Shown here in pieces: positions 1-8,180 of a DNA stretch of 37,032 bases. The notes beneath the pieces were generated by a model. That model was not told where the DNA came from, ran no database searches, and worked only from the letters and a program-made list of their open reading frames with translations. The position numbers and the translations under genes are program-made. Source of the stretch: a virus (Duplodnaviria; Caudoviricetes); IMG/VR virus record IMGVR_UViG_3300020045_015549, positions 1 to 37,032 of that record, one strand, 5' to 3'. The first letter of the stretch is position 1. Each line of letters starts with the position of its first letter.

Positions 1-121
1 TGCGCCTATCCTACCGAGATGTCTTCCCCTCCAATCTCAAAATATTCTTTGAAGAGCAAAAACAATGGAAACCCTAAGATGGAGCGTAGATGCAAAAGCT
101 CTGGAAACTTTTACGACCTAC
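1..121. repeat. Terminal direct repeat, copy 1 (circular assembly overlap)
   Basis: Bases 1-121 are identical to 36912-37032, and ORF 36737-36988 reads into the repeat. Confidence 0.95.
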
Positions 122-331
122 AGACACATCAAACGATGGAACGCCGATATGCATGAAGCTTTAAAGGCTCTCCAGTTCTACCGGATGGTCAAGACTGCGT
201 TAAACACCCCTGGAATCGATTTACTTGAGGTGACGAGGGGAGAAGATGGGGAAGTTGAGGTAAACGTCTCTAATCGCAAATTAGAGGCCAAAGAAAGGAA
301 AAGGCGTTATGACCCCTGTTCCGTTGACTAG
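65..331 (+). CDS. Hypothetical early protein
   Basis: 88-aa ORF in a chain of overlapping small + strand ORFs. Confidence 0.6.
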   Translation: METLRWSVDAKALETFTTYRHIKRWNADMHEALKALQFYRMVKTALNTPGIDLLEVTRGEDGEVEVNVSNRKLEAKERKRRYDPCSVD

Positions 332-536
332 CCGAAAAGAAGGAAGATCCCTTGAATCGATTTCTTTATCCAGGAAGAATAAGATGTGGATATTGTGTCT
401 TCATACAGAGGAAAATAACATCATGGACATCTACACGAAGCAATTTCTCTTCAAAGACGATGCCATAAAATTCCTGTATGCTCATTGCCTGATAGTTATG
501 AATGGAGCGGATTCCTATGTCACTCCCCACCATTGA
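309..536 (+). CDS. Hypothetical early protein
   Basis: 75-aa ORF with upstream AAGG, overlapping both neighbours. Confidence 0.55.
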   Translation: MTPVPLTSRKEGRSLESISLSRKNKMWILCLHTEENNIMDIYTKQFLFKDDAIKFLYAHCLIVMNGADSYVTPHH

Positions 537-750
537 AACTAAAGTAAGCGCCTCCAACTCCTGCAACCGCTGGTTCTGTTGCTTCGGCTCCAAGTGCTGT
601 ACCAAGAGCGAAGAGGAAGGCGACACACCCAAGTCTGGGGAAAAGATTTCAGTGACTACGACTAAAACAGTTACGGAAGAAAAAACCACAAAAGTCTATA
701 AAGTTCGCCATTGGCATAGGAAGAAGAATGAGCTCAGTGAGTCCCGATGA
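517..750 (+). CDS. Small protein with Cys cluster (CNRWFCCFGSKCC)
   Basis: ATG at 517 after GGAG; in frame with track ORF 502-750. Confidence 0.6.
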   Translation: MSLPTIETKVSASNSCNRWFCCFGSKCCTKSEEEGDTPKSGEKISVTTTKTVTEEKTTKVYKVRHWHRKKNELSESR

Positions 751-982
751 TATCTTGGATGTAGAAGAAGCTGATAAGGCCCTGTCGCTCGTTCTTTTCG
801 AAGCTTCGGAGAAACTCCCTCCTGGTGTTCTCCTTCTATTGATGATGACCAAGGCCTCTTTCATCGCCCATACTTTCTTAGATGAAGGGGAAAAGCCGAT
901 AGAAGTGCTTGGAAGTCTTCTCGATAAGGGGATATTTATCGATATCCTTCAACGGAACAGGAAAAAGTATGAGAACCTTTAA
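728..982 (+). CDS. Hypothetical protein
   Basis: 84-aa ORF overlapping the previous ORF. Confidence 0.55.
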   Translation: MSSVSPDDILDVEEADKALSLVLFEASEKLPPGVLLLLMMTKASFIAHTFLDEGEKPIEVLGSLLDKGIFIDILQRNRKKYENL

Positions 983-1085
983 CGAATGGATTGACTGGTA
1001 TGAGAACCTCGAACCTGAGGATCTGGAACTGCCTGAAGATTTGCCGAACTCGCCATGCGATGAGCTAGAATGGCCCTCAGATTGA
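969..1085 (+). CDS. Small acidic peptide, 38 aa (MRTFNEWIDWYENLEPEDLELPEDLPNSPCDELEWPSD)
   Basis: Read manually (below track cutoff); overlaps the end of 728-982 and fills the gap before the convergent gene. Confidence 0.5.
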   Translation: MRTFNEWIDWYENLEPEDLELPEDLPNSPCDELEWPSD

Positions 1086-1099
1086 CTACAATCGATTAA

Positions 1100-1867
1100 T
1101 TATAAAAATAGATTAACTGTCCCATCTTTTGCGTGATATATCGTTCTAGAGGTCTCTATGTCGTGAAATTTTTTATGACACTCGTCACAAAGTATAATCA
1201 AATCTTGCAAATTATCATGTTCATACCCATGAGTTTCATAAGTTCGGTGATGACAGGCCAATTTTTCAGAACCATTACAAAGATTACACTTAAATTCAGC
1301 CTGCTTTTTCTTTTTTTCTGAAATAGCTTTCCAGTATGGGGTTCTGAGAAAATCCTGGTAGTTTAAAGACTTTATGAAATCGGCTACCTGCTCGTAATCA
1401 ATTCCATATTGATTTATTGAATTCCATTTATCCCAGTTTTTTACCCCATTTTCCCACTTGTTGGTCGGATTTAAATAAACTTCTATATATTTTAGGGTTT
1501 TTTCTTTTTGACTAGCTATTGATTGAGACTTATCTATTTCAGCTTGAATTTTTTTTCTCTCTTTGTAAATTTTATTGCACTTTTCGCAACTGTAAAGTCT
1601 TCTTTTTTTCATAAAAGAAACCAGTGAAGTTTTGCTTAAATTAATGTAAAAAATTTCTTTACAACCGTTGCACGGAACCTCACAACAATAACAAGCTATT
1701 CCGTCGTTGGGTTCGAAACATTTTTCAATCTCAAAGCTACTGAATTCTGCGAAAATAATAGAAAGGTTTTCCAGATCAGAACTATCTAAAATACAGTTTC
1801 TTGGAATAAAATATTCCCTATTTTTTCTGGCTCGAAGATATTTTGCCATTTCTGAAAAATTGATCAT
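1100..1867 (-). CDS. HNH endonuclease domain protein
   Basis: C-terminal CNLC...CHHRTY...DLIILCDECHKKFH (HNH with Zn ligands); additional CxxC motifs; AT-rich. Confidence 0.8.
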   Translation of the reverse strand: MINFSEMAKYLRARKNREYFIPRNCILDSSDLENLSIIFAEFSSFEIEKCFEPNDGIACYCCEVPCNGCKEIFYINLSKTSLVSFMKKRRLYSCEKCNKIYKERKKIQAEIDKSQSIASQKEKTLKYIEVYLNPTNKWENGVKNWDKWNSINQYGIDYEQVADFIKSLNYQDFLRTPYWKAISEKKKKQAEFKCNLCNGSEKLACHHRTYETHGYEHDNLQDLIILCDECHKKFHDIETSRTIYHAKDGTVNLFL

Positions 1868-2505
1868 ATGACAGCTCTAGCCTTCATATATTTACCCCAA
1901 TCAATTCGCAGTCCTGAATTTTCGGCCATGCGCATGGCCGTTCCCACAAAATATCTTATTGGGTCATCTGGTTTCCAACCAGTCTTAGACTTTTTTTTGC
2001 ATTGATAAAAAGTTTCTTGATAAATGTATTCGGGGACAAGACTGAGTTTCAGCTTTGCCTCAAGTGGTATATCAAGTTTTTTTAAATATTGAGGTATCTC
2101 AATTAAACCAGGTCGCCTACTAGTATCTCTATAGCTAGAATAACTGTGTGTCGCCGTGGCTGTCGCCTCAATTCTCTTAAAGTACTCTCTCTTAATTAGA
2201 TCTATTTGAAGTATGTGATGAGATATTACGATAACTTTTGGTCGATGAGCGCCCCTTGAAATAAGATGAACCCATCCCAGAATTTTGAACTCGCAGAAGG
2301 CTTCATTAACTGCGGATCGACTGCATCCCAATTTCTTTCCCAATGTCGCCTGACGAGGATTGGCACAAGGAAATCTCTTACACCACCAGAGAGTTAGTTT
2401 CCAGATTTTCTTTCTGAGAGGAGTCATCTGATCGTAAGCTTGGAAAAAATTATACTTTTCATCTTGATGTATAGTAAGAGTAATATTCTCCACCGCATCT
2501 TTCAT
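1864..2505 (-). CDS. HTH-domain replication initiator-like protein
   Basis: PRQATLGKKLGCSRSAVNEAF..F...GW winged-HTH pattern typical of phage replication initiators; AGGAG SD. Confidence 0.6.
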   Translation of the reverse strand: MKDAVENITLTIHQDEKYNFFQAYDQMTPLRKKIWKLTLWWCKRFPCANPRQATLGKKLGCSRSAVNEAFCEFKILGWVHLISRGAHRPKVIVISHHILQIDLIKREYFKRIEATATATHSYSSYRDTSRRPGLIEIPQYLKKLDIPLEAKLKLSLVPEYIYQETFYQCKKKSKTGWKPDDPIRYFVGTAMRMAENSGLRIDWGKYMKARAVI

Positions 2506-2607
2506 AAATGTTTTTCTCCTAATGTTTTACGTAAACATTATTTAGGGTTGTGATAAATCGGGAGGGTATCTTAAGATGACTGACGTCCATAGAGACACTA
2601 TCCGGTT

Positions 2608-2650
2608 ATGGGCCGCTTCCCACTTCAATGAAAGGCGGCCCATTCTTTTT
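2608..2650 (+). terminator. Rho-independent terminator (antisense to rep leader)
   Basis: ATGGGCCGC...GCGGCCCAT stem followed by TCTTTTT. Confidence 0.7.
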
Positions 2651-2693
2651 CAAGGATGGTGTATACGACAAAACTCAAATTTAAAGCATCAAC

Positions 2694-3080
2694 TTAAATT
2701 AAACTCTTGTCTAATCCACTGATATCCAATACGTAAGCCGCGCCCTTTCTCGTAAAAGGGATCATCCTCTTCCTGATGAGATAGTAAATTCTCTGGGGAG
2801 AAATGGCCAGTTCATTGGCCAGCTGGACAGGTGAATAGAGCCCCTTCTTATGGTCAAAGATCCTATTCCCCTTTTCGTCCCTGGTATTTATACGGTTATA
2901 GAGCAGCCCCTCATATGCATAGACGTCTAAGTGCTCGAGAAGCCAGTGCTTGCCCTTCTTCAAAGCTTTGAGCTTTCCCCGTCTGATAGCCATGTAGATG
3001 GTCTGCGGGTGAACTTCGCGGTATTCGGCAACTTGTTTTACGGTCATCATAGTGATAAATATTTTACATGGCAGGCGCAT
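2694..3080 (-). CDS. Tandem excisionase-like (HTH_17/MerR-type) DNA-binding protein
   Basis: MTVKQVAEYREVHPQTIYMAIRRGKLKA and a second unit YSPVQLANELAISPQRIYYLIRKRMIP. Confidence 0.75.
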   Translation of the reverse strand: MRLPCKIFITMMTVKQVAEYREVHPQTIYMAIRRGKLKALKKGKHWLLEHLDVYAYEGLLYNRINTRDEKGNRIFDHKKGLYSPVQLANELAISPQRIYYLIRKRMIPFTRKGAAYVLDISGLDKSLI

Positions 3081-3261
3081 ATCTTAAAAGGCAATCATGC
3101 TCCATCTCTACCCAGATCATGCCGCAGTCCTGACACTCCAGGACATCTTTGTAGACCACCTTAAATCGTCCTTCCTTTAATCTGGACTTACACTTAGGAC
3201 AGCAGTCATGTCTCTTAAAATCAGTGCTATTGCGCTTTAAACTCTTGGAATGGATCTTCAT
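3064..3261 (-). CDS. Small zinc-ribbon protein
   Basis: CPKC...CQDCG motifs; ATG at 3261 preceded by GAGGTAAGG. Confidence 0.6.
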   Translation of the reverse strand: MKIHSKSLKRNSTDFKRHDCCPKCKSRLKEGRFKVVYKDVLECQDCGMIWVEMEHDCLLRYAPAM

Positions 3262-3694
3262 GGCCTTACCTCTCATAAAACGGAAGACGATAGGACAAAG
3301 GAAATCTTTTAGCAACGCCAAATGGATAGAGGTAGGGGGCAAGCTGATCTACGCCAGGTCCCTTTGGGAAGCCAACTACGCCAGGTACTTAGAGTGGCAA
3401 AAAGAACAAGGATATATCCTTCAGTGGGAGCATGAACCGGAAACCTTTTGGTTCCTCAATATCAAGCGGGGCGTCAGAAGCTACCTTCCCGACTTCCGTG
3501 TGACTGAAAAGGACGGTAAGTGGCACTGGGTCGAAGTGAAGGGGTATATGGATGGAAGGTCTAAGACAAAGATCGCCAGGTTCAAAAAGTACTATCCTAA
3601 AGAGCGCCTGATTGTCATTAATGAGCTATGGTTTAGACAAAATAATGGAAAAATGAGACTCATCATCCCTACTTGGGAAAGAGGAAATGTATGA
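3260..3694 (+). CDS. PD-(D/E)XK nuclease (restriction-endonuclease-like, possible resolvase)
   Basis: RSLWEANYARYL...YLPDF...WVEVKG catalytic pattern; exact start uncertain. Confidence 0.75.
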   Translation: MALPLIKRKTIGQRKSFSNAKWIEVGGKLIYARSLWEANYARYLEWQKEQGYILQWEHEPETFWFLNIKRGVRSYLPDFRVTEKDGKWHWVEVKGYMDGRSKTKIARFKKYYPKERLIVINELWFRQNNGKMRLIIPTWERGNV

Positions 3695-3783
3695 AATGGG
3701 CTGTCTGCTTCATCATCCTATGTTGCGCTGTGGCTGTTGCGCTGTGGGTAAACTGGAAGGTGAATGGGTTTGAGGAAGACTAG
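3691..3783 (+). CDS. Small membrane peptide, 30 aa
   Basis: ATGA overlap with the nuclease stop, GAGG SD, MKWAVCFIILCCAVAVALWVNWK hydrophobic stretch. Confidence 0.45.
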   Translation: MKWAVCFIILCCAVAVALWVNWKVNGFEED

Positions 3784-3979
3784 AAGGCTCATCCCTCCGG
3801 ATGTCTTCTATAGACTTGACATTCCCCTTGGTAAACTTCGCTACATGGTATAAAGCCATCTTACCGGGCTTCCGGTAGCCAGAGAGCCAGTGATGGATAT
3901 AGGACCTATCGTAACCTATCTTCTTGGCGAACTGCCTGATCGAGATGCGGTTGTCGTAGAGCCAAGTCATTAATTTCAT
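3713..3979 (-). CDS. Cro/XRE-family HTH regulator
   Basis: MKLMTWL...SIRQFAKKIGYDRSYIHHWLSGYRKP; likely ATG at 3979. Confidence 0.8.
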   Translation of the reverse strand: MKLMTWLYDNRISIRQFAKKIGYDRSYIHHWLSGYRKPGKMALYHVAKFTKGNVKSIEDIRRDEPSSLPQTHSPSSLPTAQQPQRNIG

Positions 3980-3992
3980 AGGTACCTGTGTA

Positions 3993-4036
3993 GGAAGGTG
4001 TAGACACAAATTAGGGCCTATGCTAACATAAGTCCA
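3993..4036. promoter_or_regulatory. Overlapping divergent sigma70-like promoters with operator-like motif
   Basis: + strand TAGACA(4001)-N17-TAACAT(4024) with extended TG; - strand TGGACT-N17-TAATTT; motif GGAAGGTGTAGACAC. Confidence 0.6.
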
Positions 4037-4057
4037 CTTTAAGAGGCAACCTGCATT

Positions 4058-4246
4058 ATGAATAAAGAAGAGGCACAAATAGTAGCTGAAAAAGTTTTAA
4101 GAGTTTATAAAGACGCTGGTATGTCCCTCCAAGAAATTATGGAAGCAGCAGCAGGTTTATTTGTAGGGGTGGCATTTTCACTACGTCTAACAAAAAATCA
4201 ATTTGAAAATCTCTTAAACGTTCTGAGACGAGATTATGAAACGTGA
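4058..4246 (+). CDS. Hypothetical protein
   Basis: 62-aa ORF with GAGG SD, first gene after the promoter. Confidence 0.6.
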   Translation: MNKEEAQIVAEKVLRVYKDAGMSLQEIMEAAAGLFVGVAFSLRLTKNQFENLLNVLRRDYET

Positions 4247-4412
4247 CCCTTTGACCCTCCAACAAAAAATACTGATCGTACTGGCGTTGGCCGTTATCAC
4301 TTTGATCTTTGTATGGCTCAGCTATGAGCATCTTGAATTCATGAAACAACTGGAAATCATCACCTTAAAACTACAAAAGGAGTTACAAACCAATGGAATT
4401 TCTACCAAGTGA
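4236..4412 (+). CDS. Small single-pass membrane protein, 58 aa
   Basis: Manual read MKRDPLTLQQKILIVLALAVITLIFVWLSY...; overlaps both neighbours. Confidence 0.55.
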   Translation: MKRDPLTLQQKILIVLALAVITLIFVWLSYEHLEFMKQLEIITLKLQKELQTNGISTK

Positions 4413-5154
4413 CTATGAAAGTCCTAAGAGCAATAGTAATTATTTTAAACTGCAAGACGGCGAGAACAAGATCCGGATTCTTTCCAAGCCCATCTTAGGA
4501 TGGCTCGACTGGAAAGATAAAAAGCCTCTCCGGTTCCGGATGAATGCAAAGCCTACCCACTCCATCGATCCCAATCAAGCCATCAAACACTTTTGGACCA
4601 TGATCATCTGGGACTATGCTCAGAAGAAGATTTGTATCTTTGAGATGACGCAGGCGAGTATTTGGAAGAGGATTGAAACCTTGTCTGTAGATGAAGACTG
4701 GGGCGCACCTTATAGGTATGACCTCAAGATTACCAAGAGCGGCTCGCAGAAAGACACAAAATACACAATACTCCCTGTCGCCCCTAAAGAGATCTGGCCA
4801 GAGATACGAGATGCCTTTAAAGAGCTTCCTATTGATCTGGAAGAGCTCTTCAAGGGAGGAGACCCCTTCAATGGTGTACAAAGGACCTTAGGGTTTTGGG
4901 AGATCCCCTCCGCTATCTCTAAAGACAGTGTCCCCGACATCGGTGGAGCGTGTGTTTCTAAGGAAGAGGCTCAAGAGATCGAGGAGACCATCGAAAGAGC
5001 CATCAGTCCTTATGACAAGGATTGGAGAGCCGCAGCCTTGAGAGCTTTTAAGATCGATAGCTTTGAGAAGCTAGAGAAGAGGCTTCATGACCTGATGATT
5101 AAGCGGATCGATGAGAAGAGGGAAAAGATCCTCTCCGAAGATATCCCCTTTTAA
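4393..5154 (+). CDS. Single-stranded DNA-binding protein (phage type)
   Basis: YFKLQDGENKIRIL...YDLKITKSG...TKYTILP core, acidic C-terminal EDIPF tail, adjacent to exonuclease. Confidence 0.7.
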   Translation: MEFLPSDYESPKSNSNYFKLQDGENKIRILSKPILGWLDWKDKKPLRFRMNAKPTHSIDPNQAIKHFWTMIIWDYAQKKICIFEMTQASIWKRIETLSVDEDWGAPYRYDLKITKSGSQKDTKYTILPVAPKEIWPEIRDAFKELPIDLEELFKGGDPFNGVQRTLGFWEIPSAISKDSVPDIGGACVSKEEAQEIEETIERAISPYDKDWRAAALRAFKIDSFEKLEKRLHDLMIKRIDEKREKILSEDIPF

Positions 5155-5155
5155 G

Positions 5156-5186
5156 CAAAAACCCCCTCTTTTTTAGGGAGGGGGTG
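5156..5186 (-). terminator. Intrinsic terminator-like hairpin
   Basis: ACCCCCTC / GAGGGGGT stem; U-tract only on the - strand. Confidence 0.5.
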
Positions 5187-5221
5187 CGCAAAACTTCGAT
5201 AGGACACTGGAGAAAACATTT

Positions 5222-6118
5222 ATGAGCGTAAAAGAAGAACCCAAAAAATACAAGATCATTGAACTAGTTCAGAGGAGCGATGAGTGGCTGGCCTTTAGAA
5301 AAGGAAAGATCGGAGCTTCACAAGTAGGAGCTATCCTCGGCGTAGATCCTTTCAAGACAGCTCTACAACTCTGGACTGATATCGTCTTTGACAGGAAAAC
5401 TCCAGTAAATAGCGCCATGCAAAGGGGAATCGATGGAGAAGACGGAGCGCTAGAGTGGCTGAACAAGGTAGAAGACTCAGTAGATTTTGATAGCTTTTAT
5501 CCGGCAGTTTTACAGTCAGTGGAATATCCCTTCCTCATCGCAAGTCTGGATGGGTTTAGAGAAAAAGACATCCAAGCGGTAGAGATCAAATTCCCAAGCA
5601 AGAAGGTCCACGAACATCTTTTGGAAACTGGAAGGCCACCGGAAAGATACATGCCACAGCTCCAGTTCCAAATGTACATCGGCGGCTTTGACAAGATGTT
5701 CTACCTTTCCTGTTTTCAAGATGAGAAGGTTTTGAGGGTAGTTAAGAGAGACCAAAAATTCATCGACGAGATGATTCCTCTAATTTTGGCCTTCAGAACC
5801 TCTATAATCGATTGCAAGCCTCCCGAGCCTGTTGATAAGGATGTGGTCCAGATAGACAATCCTGAGGCTGTTCTGAAAGCCGAAAGATTCATTGAACTCG
5901 ATCGGTTGATCTGGGAGCTGTCACAGGAAAGGGATGCGCTCAGATTAGAGATGACGGAGATGGCGAACCATCAAAAGGTACAGATCGGAGCCTTGATGCT
6001 TTCAAAGGTAATCAGGCCCGGATGTGTAAACTGGGAGGCTGTAGAAGCCTTGAAGGGGATCGATCTGACAGCGTATAGAAAAAGTCCAATAGAATCTTGG
6101 AGACTTTCTTACGAATGA
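5222..6118 (+). CDS. YqaJ/lambda-exonuclease family recombination nuclease
   Basis: QRSDEWLAFRKGKIGASQ, ASLDG, EIK and QLQFQM motifs. Confidence 0.9.
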   Translation: MSVKEEPKKYKIIELVQRSDEWLAFRKGKIGASQVGAILGVDPFKTALQLWTDIVFDRKTPVNSAMQRGIDGEDGALEWLNKVEDSVDFDSFYPAVLQSVEYPFLIASLDGFREKDIQAVEIKFPSKKVHEHLLETGRPPERYMPQLQFQMYIGGFDKMFYLSCFQDEKVLRVVKRDQKFIDEMIPLILAFRTSIIDCKPPEPVDKDVVQIDNPEAVLKAERFIELDRLIWELSQERDALRLEMTEMANHQKVQIGALMLSKVIRPGCVNWEAVEALKGIDLTAYRKSPIESWRLSYE

Positions 6119-6121
6119 AGT

Positions 6122-6412
6122 CTATTTTTTGTCTCTCTTAGATCTGTTCTTGTAGGCTGGATGGGAAAATACTAAGCTTGCAAACTCATCGGGGTCGGTT
6201 GGAAGTGATTTGTAACCGGCCTCTACCAATTTAGGTTCCCACTCCTTCTTCAAACGCTCAAAACACTTTCGGTACTTTTCATCGAGGAGTACCCATTTAA
6301 GGCGTCTCTTCATGTCTTCTTCAAAGATCTCTTCGGGTATATCGTTCTGGATCACTTTCTTTTGGATCTCAGAGAGGCAAAAGCACTCTTGGTCATTTAC
6401 TGATATTTTCAT
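6122..6412 (-). CDS. Putative tail fibre-associated/assembly protein
   Basis: 96-aa ORF directly after tail fibre 2, with AGGA SD; function inferred from position. Confidence 0.5.
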   Translation of the reverse strand: MKISVNDQECFCLSEIQKKVIQNDIPEEIFEEDMKRRLKWVLLDEKYRKCFERLKKEWEPKLVEAGYKSLPTDPDEFASLVFSHPAYKNRSKRDKK

Positions 6413-6419
6413 ATTTTCC

Positions 6420-8180
6420 TTAACATACTAGGTGTCCGCCAAACCATGTTACTCTTACATCGGCGGCAATATCGTCTGTATCTCCCACTTCTCCCGTAAC
6501 TACAATTTTTACCACACACGTATCAGCAGCATCCATATCCACAATACAGGAAAGCGGAAGCGTTGTTGCGTTCGCGGCATTTCTCATGCCACCAATATTA
6601 TAATTGTTGGTTGCTATGTCTCTATTAGAAGTTACAAAAGAAGACTCTGAAGAAGTCGCCAAAGCCGTAAGGCCACTTACAGATATAGAAGAGTAAAATG
6701 AATACCTTCCTGTTACAGGAGCTGTGAAGGTGTTGGTCGCGTTATAGTCGCTGTTTTGATCAAAAACTTCTGTCGTAAAGTTTACTGTGACTAGGGTTCC
6801 GTTTCCAGTAACGTTATCCTGTGCAACCGAATGTGTTGCCAAGAACGCAGGTTGTAGGGGCATTGTGATTTCCCCAGCGGTGGTGGCTAATAAAACGGGA
6901 TTGGTAGCAAGCGCCGCATTAGACTGCGCTAACGCAAATCTATCACCATCCCCATTGTCTACTCCTATAGTCCAAGGAGAACCAGAAGGGATGTTAAAAA
7001 CATGCATTGGGCTTCCACCGGATGTCCCTCCTACGGAGGTTGTAAAAATAGCCGCTGAACCTGCATTCGTATTGTCACTATTGGTTAAGTCGGAAGTAAC
7101 GTTGCCACCTGCACTACTTCTTGTAATCGAAAGATCACCTAAAGGAAGAGTGACAAGACCAGCGGTGGAGATTGTCAGAGCGTTGGAAGTTCCTAATGCT
7201 GTTGAGGCGGCGATTACATAGGTGTCAGAGACGCTGTTATCTATCCCATGAGACCAAGAAGTGGCGCCAGTGACTGTAAAGGTCTGGAATGGATCTCCGC
7301 TAGATGCTCCCCCCGTAGTTATCTGAGAAAGAGCGTGGGATGCGGCATTCGTATTGTCTGTGTTGGAGATTGTCAGGGAGCGGGTAGCTCCAGCAGTGGT
7401 TGAAGTAAAACTAAAGTTTCCGACAGCAGAGGTGGCAAAAGCCGGATCGGCTCCAGCTGCTCCGACGAGTAGCTCTCCAGTACCCCCTACAGTGAGCTTT
7501 GTGATGGTAGTCGTTCCTGCACCGACAAGGAGGGCATGATTGGTGAGCCCCGTCAGTTGTGTTGTAAGAGTATTCGTCCCGCCCACACTCGTAATGCTAC
7601 CAGATCCCGCCATCGTCACAGCTCCGGCAGCCGTTGGGACGACTGGCGATGTACCGGAATCTGGCGTAAAGCTGTCTATCGCAGTAGAGCCCCCTACTAG
7701 ATCAATGTTGAGCGTCCCCGCTCCAGGGCTGATCGCAATCGTACCGCCAGTAGAGGTCAAAGCCGCAAAGACTGGATCGGCGTTATTGGAGCCGATAAGG
7801 ATCTGTCCGTTAGTCGCTACTGCTAGTTTTGTGATGGTGGCGGTTCCTGCGCCTACGAGAACAGCATGATTGGTGAGGCCTGTCAGTTCAGTGGTAAGAG
7901 TAGAGCCGCTCCCCCCAGTCGTAATGCTACCAGCACCAAGGAGGTTCCAGTTGTCAGCAGAGGGTGAAATGGGGGAGCCGGTTGAACCCGTGATCGTTAA
8001 CTCTTCTCCGGCGCTGATATCGATGGTGATGGTCTTGCCAGAAGCAGAGGTAGAGACGCCAGGGCCTCCGATGATCTCTAGATTATTGGAGAGAGGGACA
8101 GCAGTCCCGCTATCCGTCGTAAAGCTAGTCGGGATCTGGGGATTTGTGATGTTTACATCGATGAGACCGCCCTGACTAAT
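6420..8180 (-). CDS. Tail fibre protein 2 with C-terminal C1q/TNF-like domain (586 aa, ATT start)
   Basis: Frame is open from ATT at 8180; N-terminus (I)SQGGLIDVNITNPQIPTSFTTDSGTAVPL matches fibre 1; QPAFLA...FDQNSDY...FTAPVTGRYSF C1q pattern. Confidence 0.85.
   Translation of the reverse strand: MSQGGLIDVNITNPQIPTSFTTDSGTAVPLSNNLEIIGGPGVSTSASGKTITIDISAGEELTITGSTGSPISPSADNWNLLGAGSITTGGSGSTLTTELTGLTNHAVLVGAGTATITKLAVATNGQILIGSNNADPVFAALTSTGGTIAISPGAGTLNIDLVGGSTAIDSFTPDSGTSPVVPTAAGAVTMAGSGSITSVGGTNTLTTQLTGLTNHALLVGAGTTTITKLTVGGTGELLVGAAGADPAFATSAVGNFSFTSTTAGATRSLTISNTDNTNAASHALSQITTGGASSGDPFQTFTVTGATSWSHGIDNSVSDTYVIAASTALGTSNALTISTAGLVTLPLGDLSITRSSAGGNVTSDLTNSDNTNAGSAAIFTTSVGGTSGGSPMHVFNIPSGSPWTIGVDNGDGDRFALAQSNAALATNPVLLATTAGEITMPLQPAFLATHSVAQDNVTGNGTLVTVNFTTEVFDQNSDYNATNTFTAPVTGRYSFYSSISVSGLTALATSSESSFVTSNRDIATNNYNIGGMRNAANATTLPLSCIVDMDAADTCVVKIVVTGEVGDTDDIAADVRVTWFGGHLVC

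Noticed and set aside
1-121. 121-bp terminal repeat as a biological direct terminal repeat
   Set aside because: It is an exact repeat that cuts through coding sequence, as expected for an assembler overlap; taken only as evidence of circularity
2694-3080. Excisionase implying an integration module
   Set aside because: No integrase or att-like site found; better treated as a generic DNA-binding regulator
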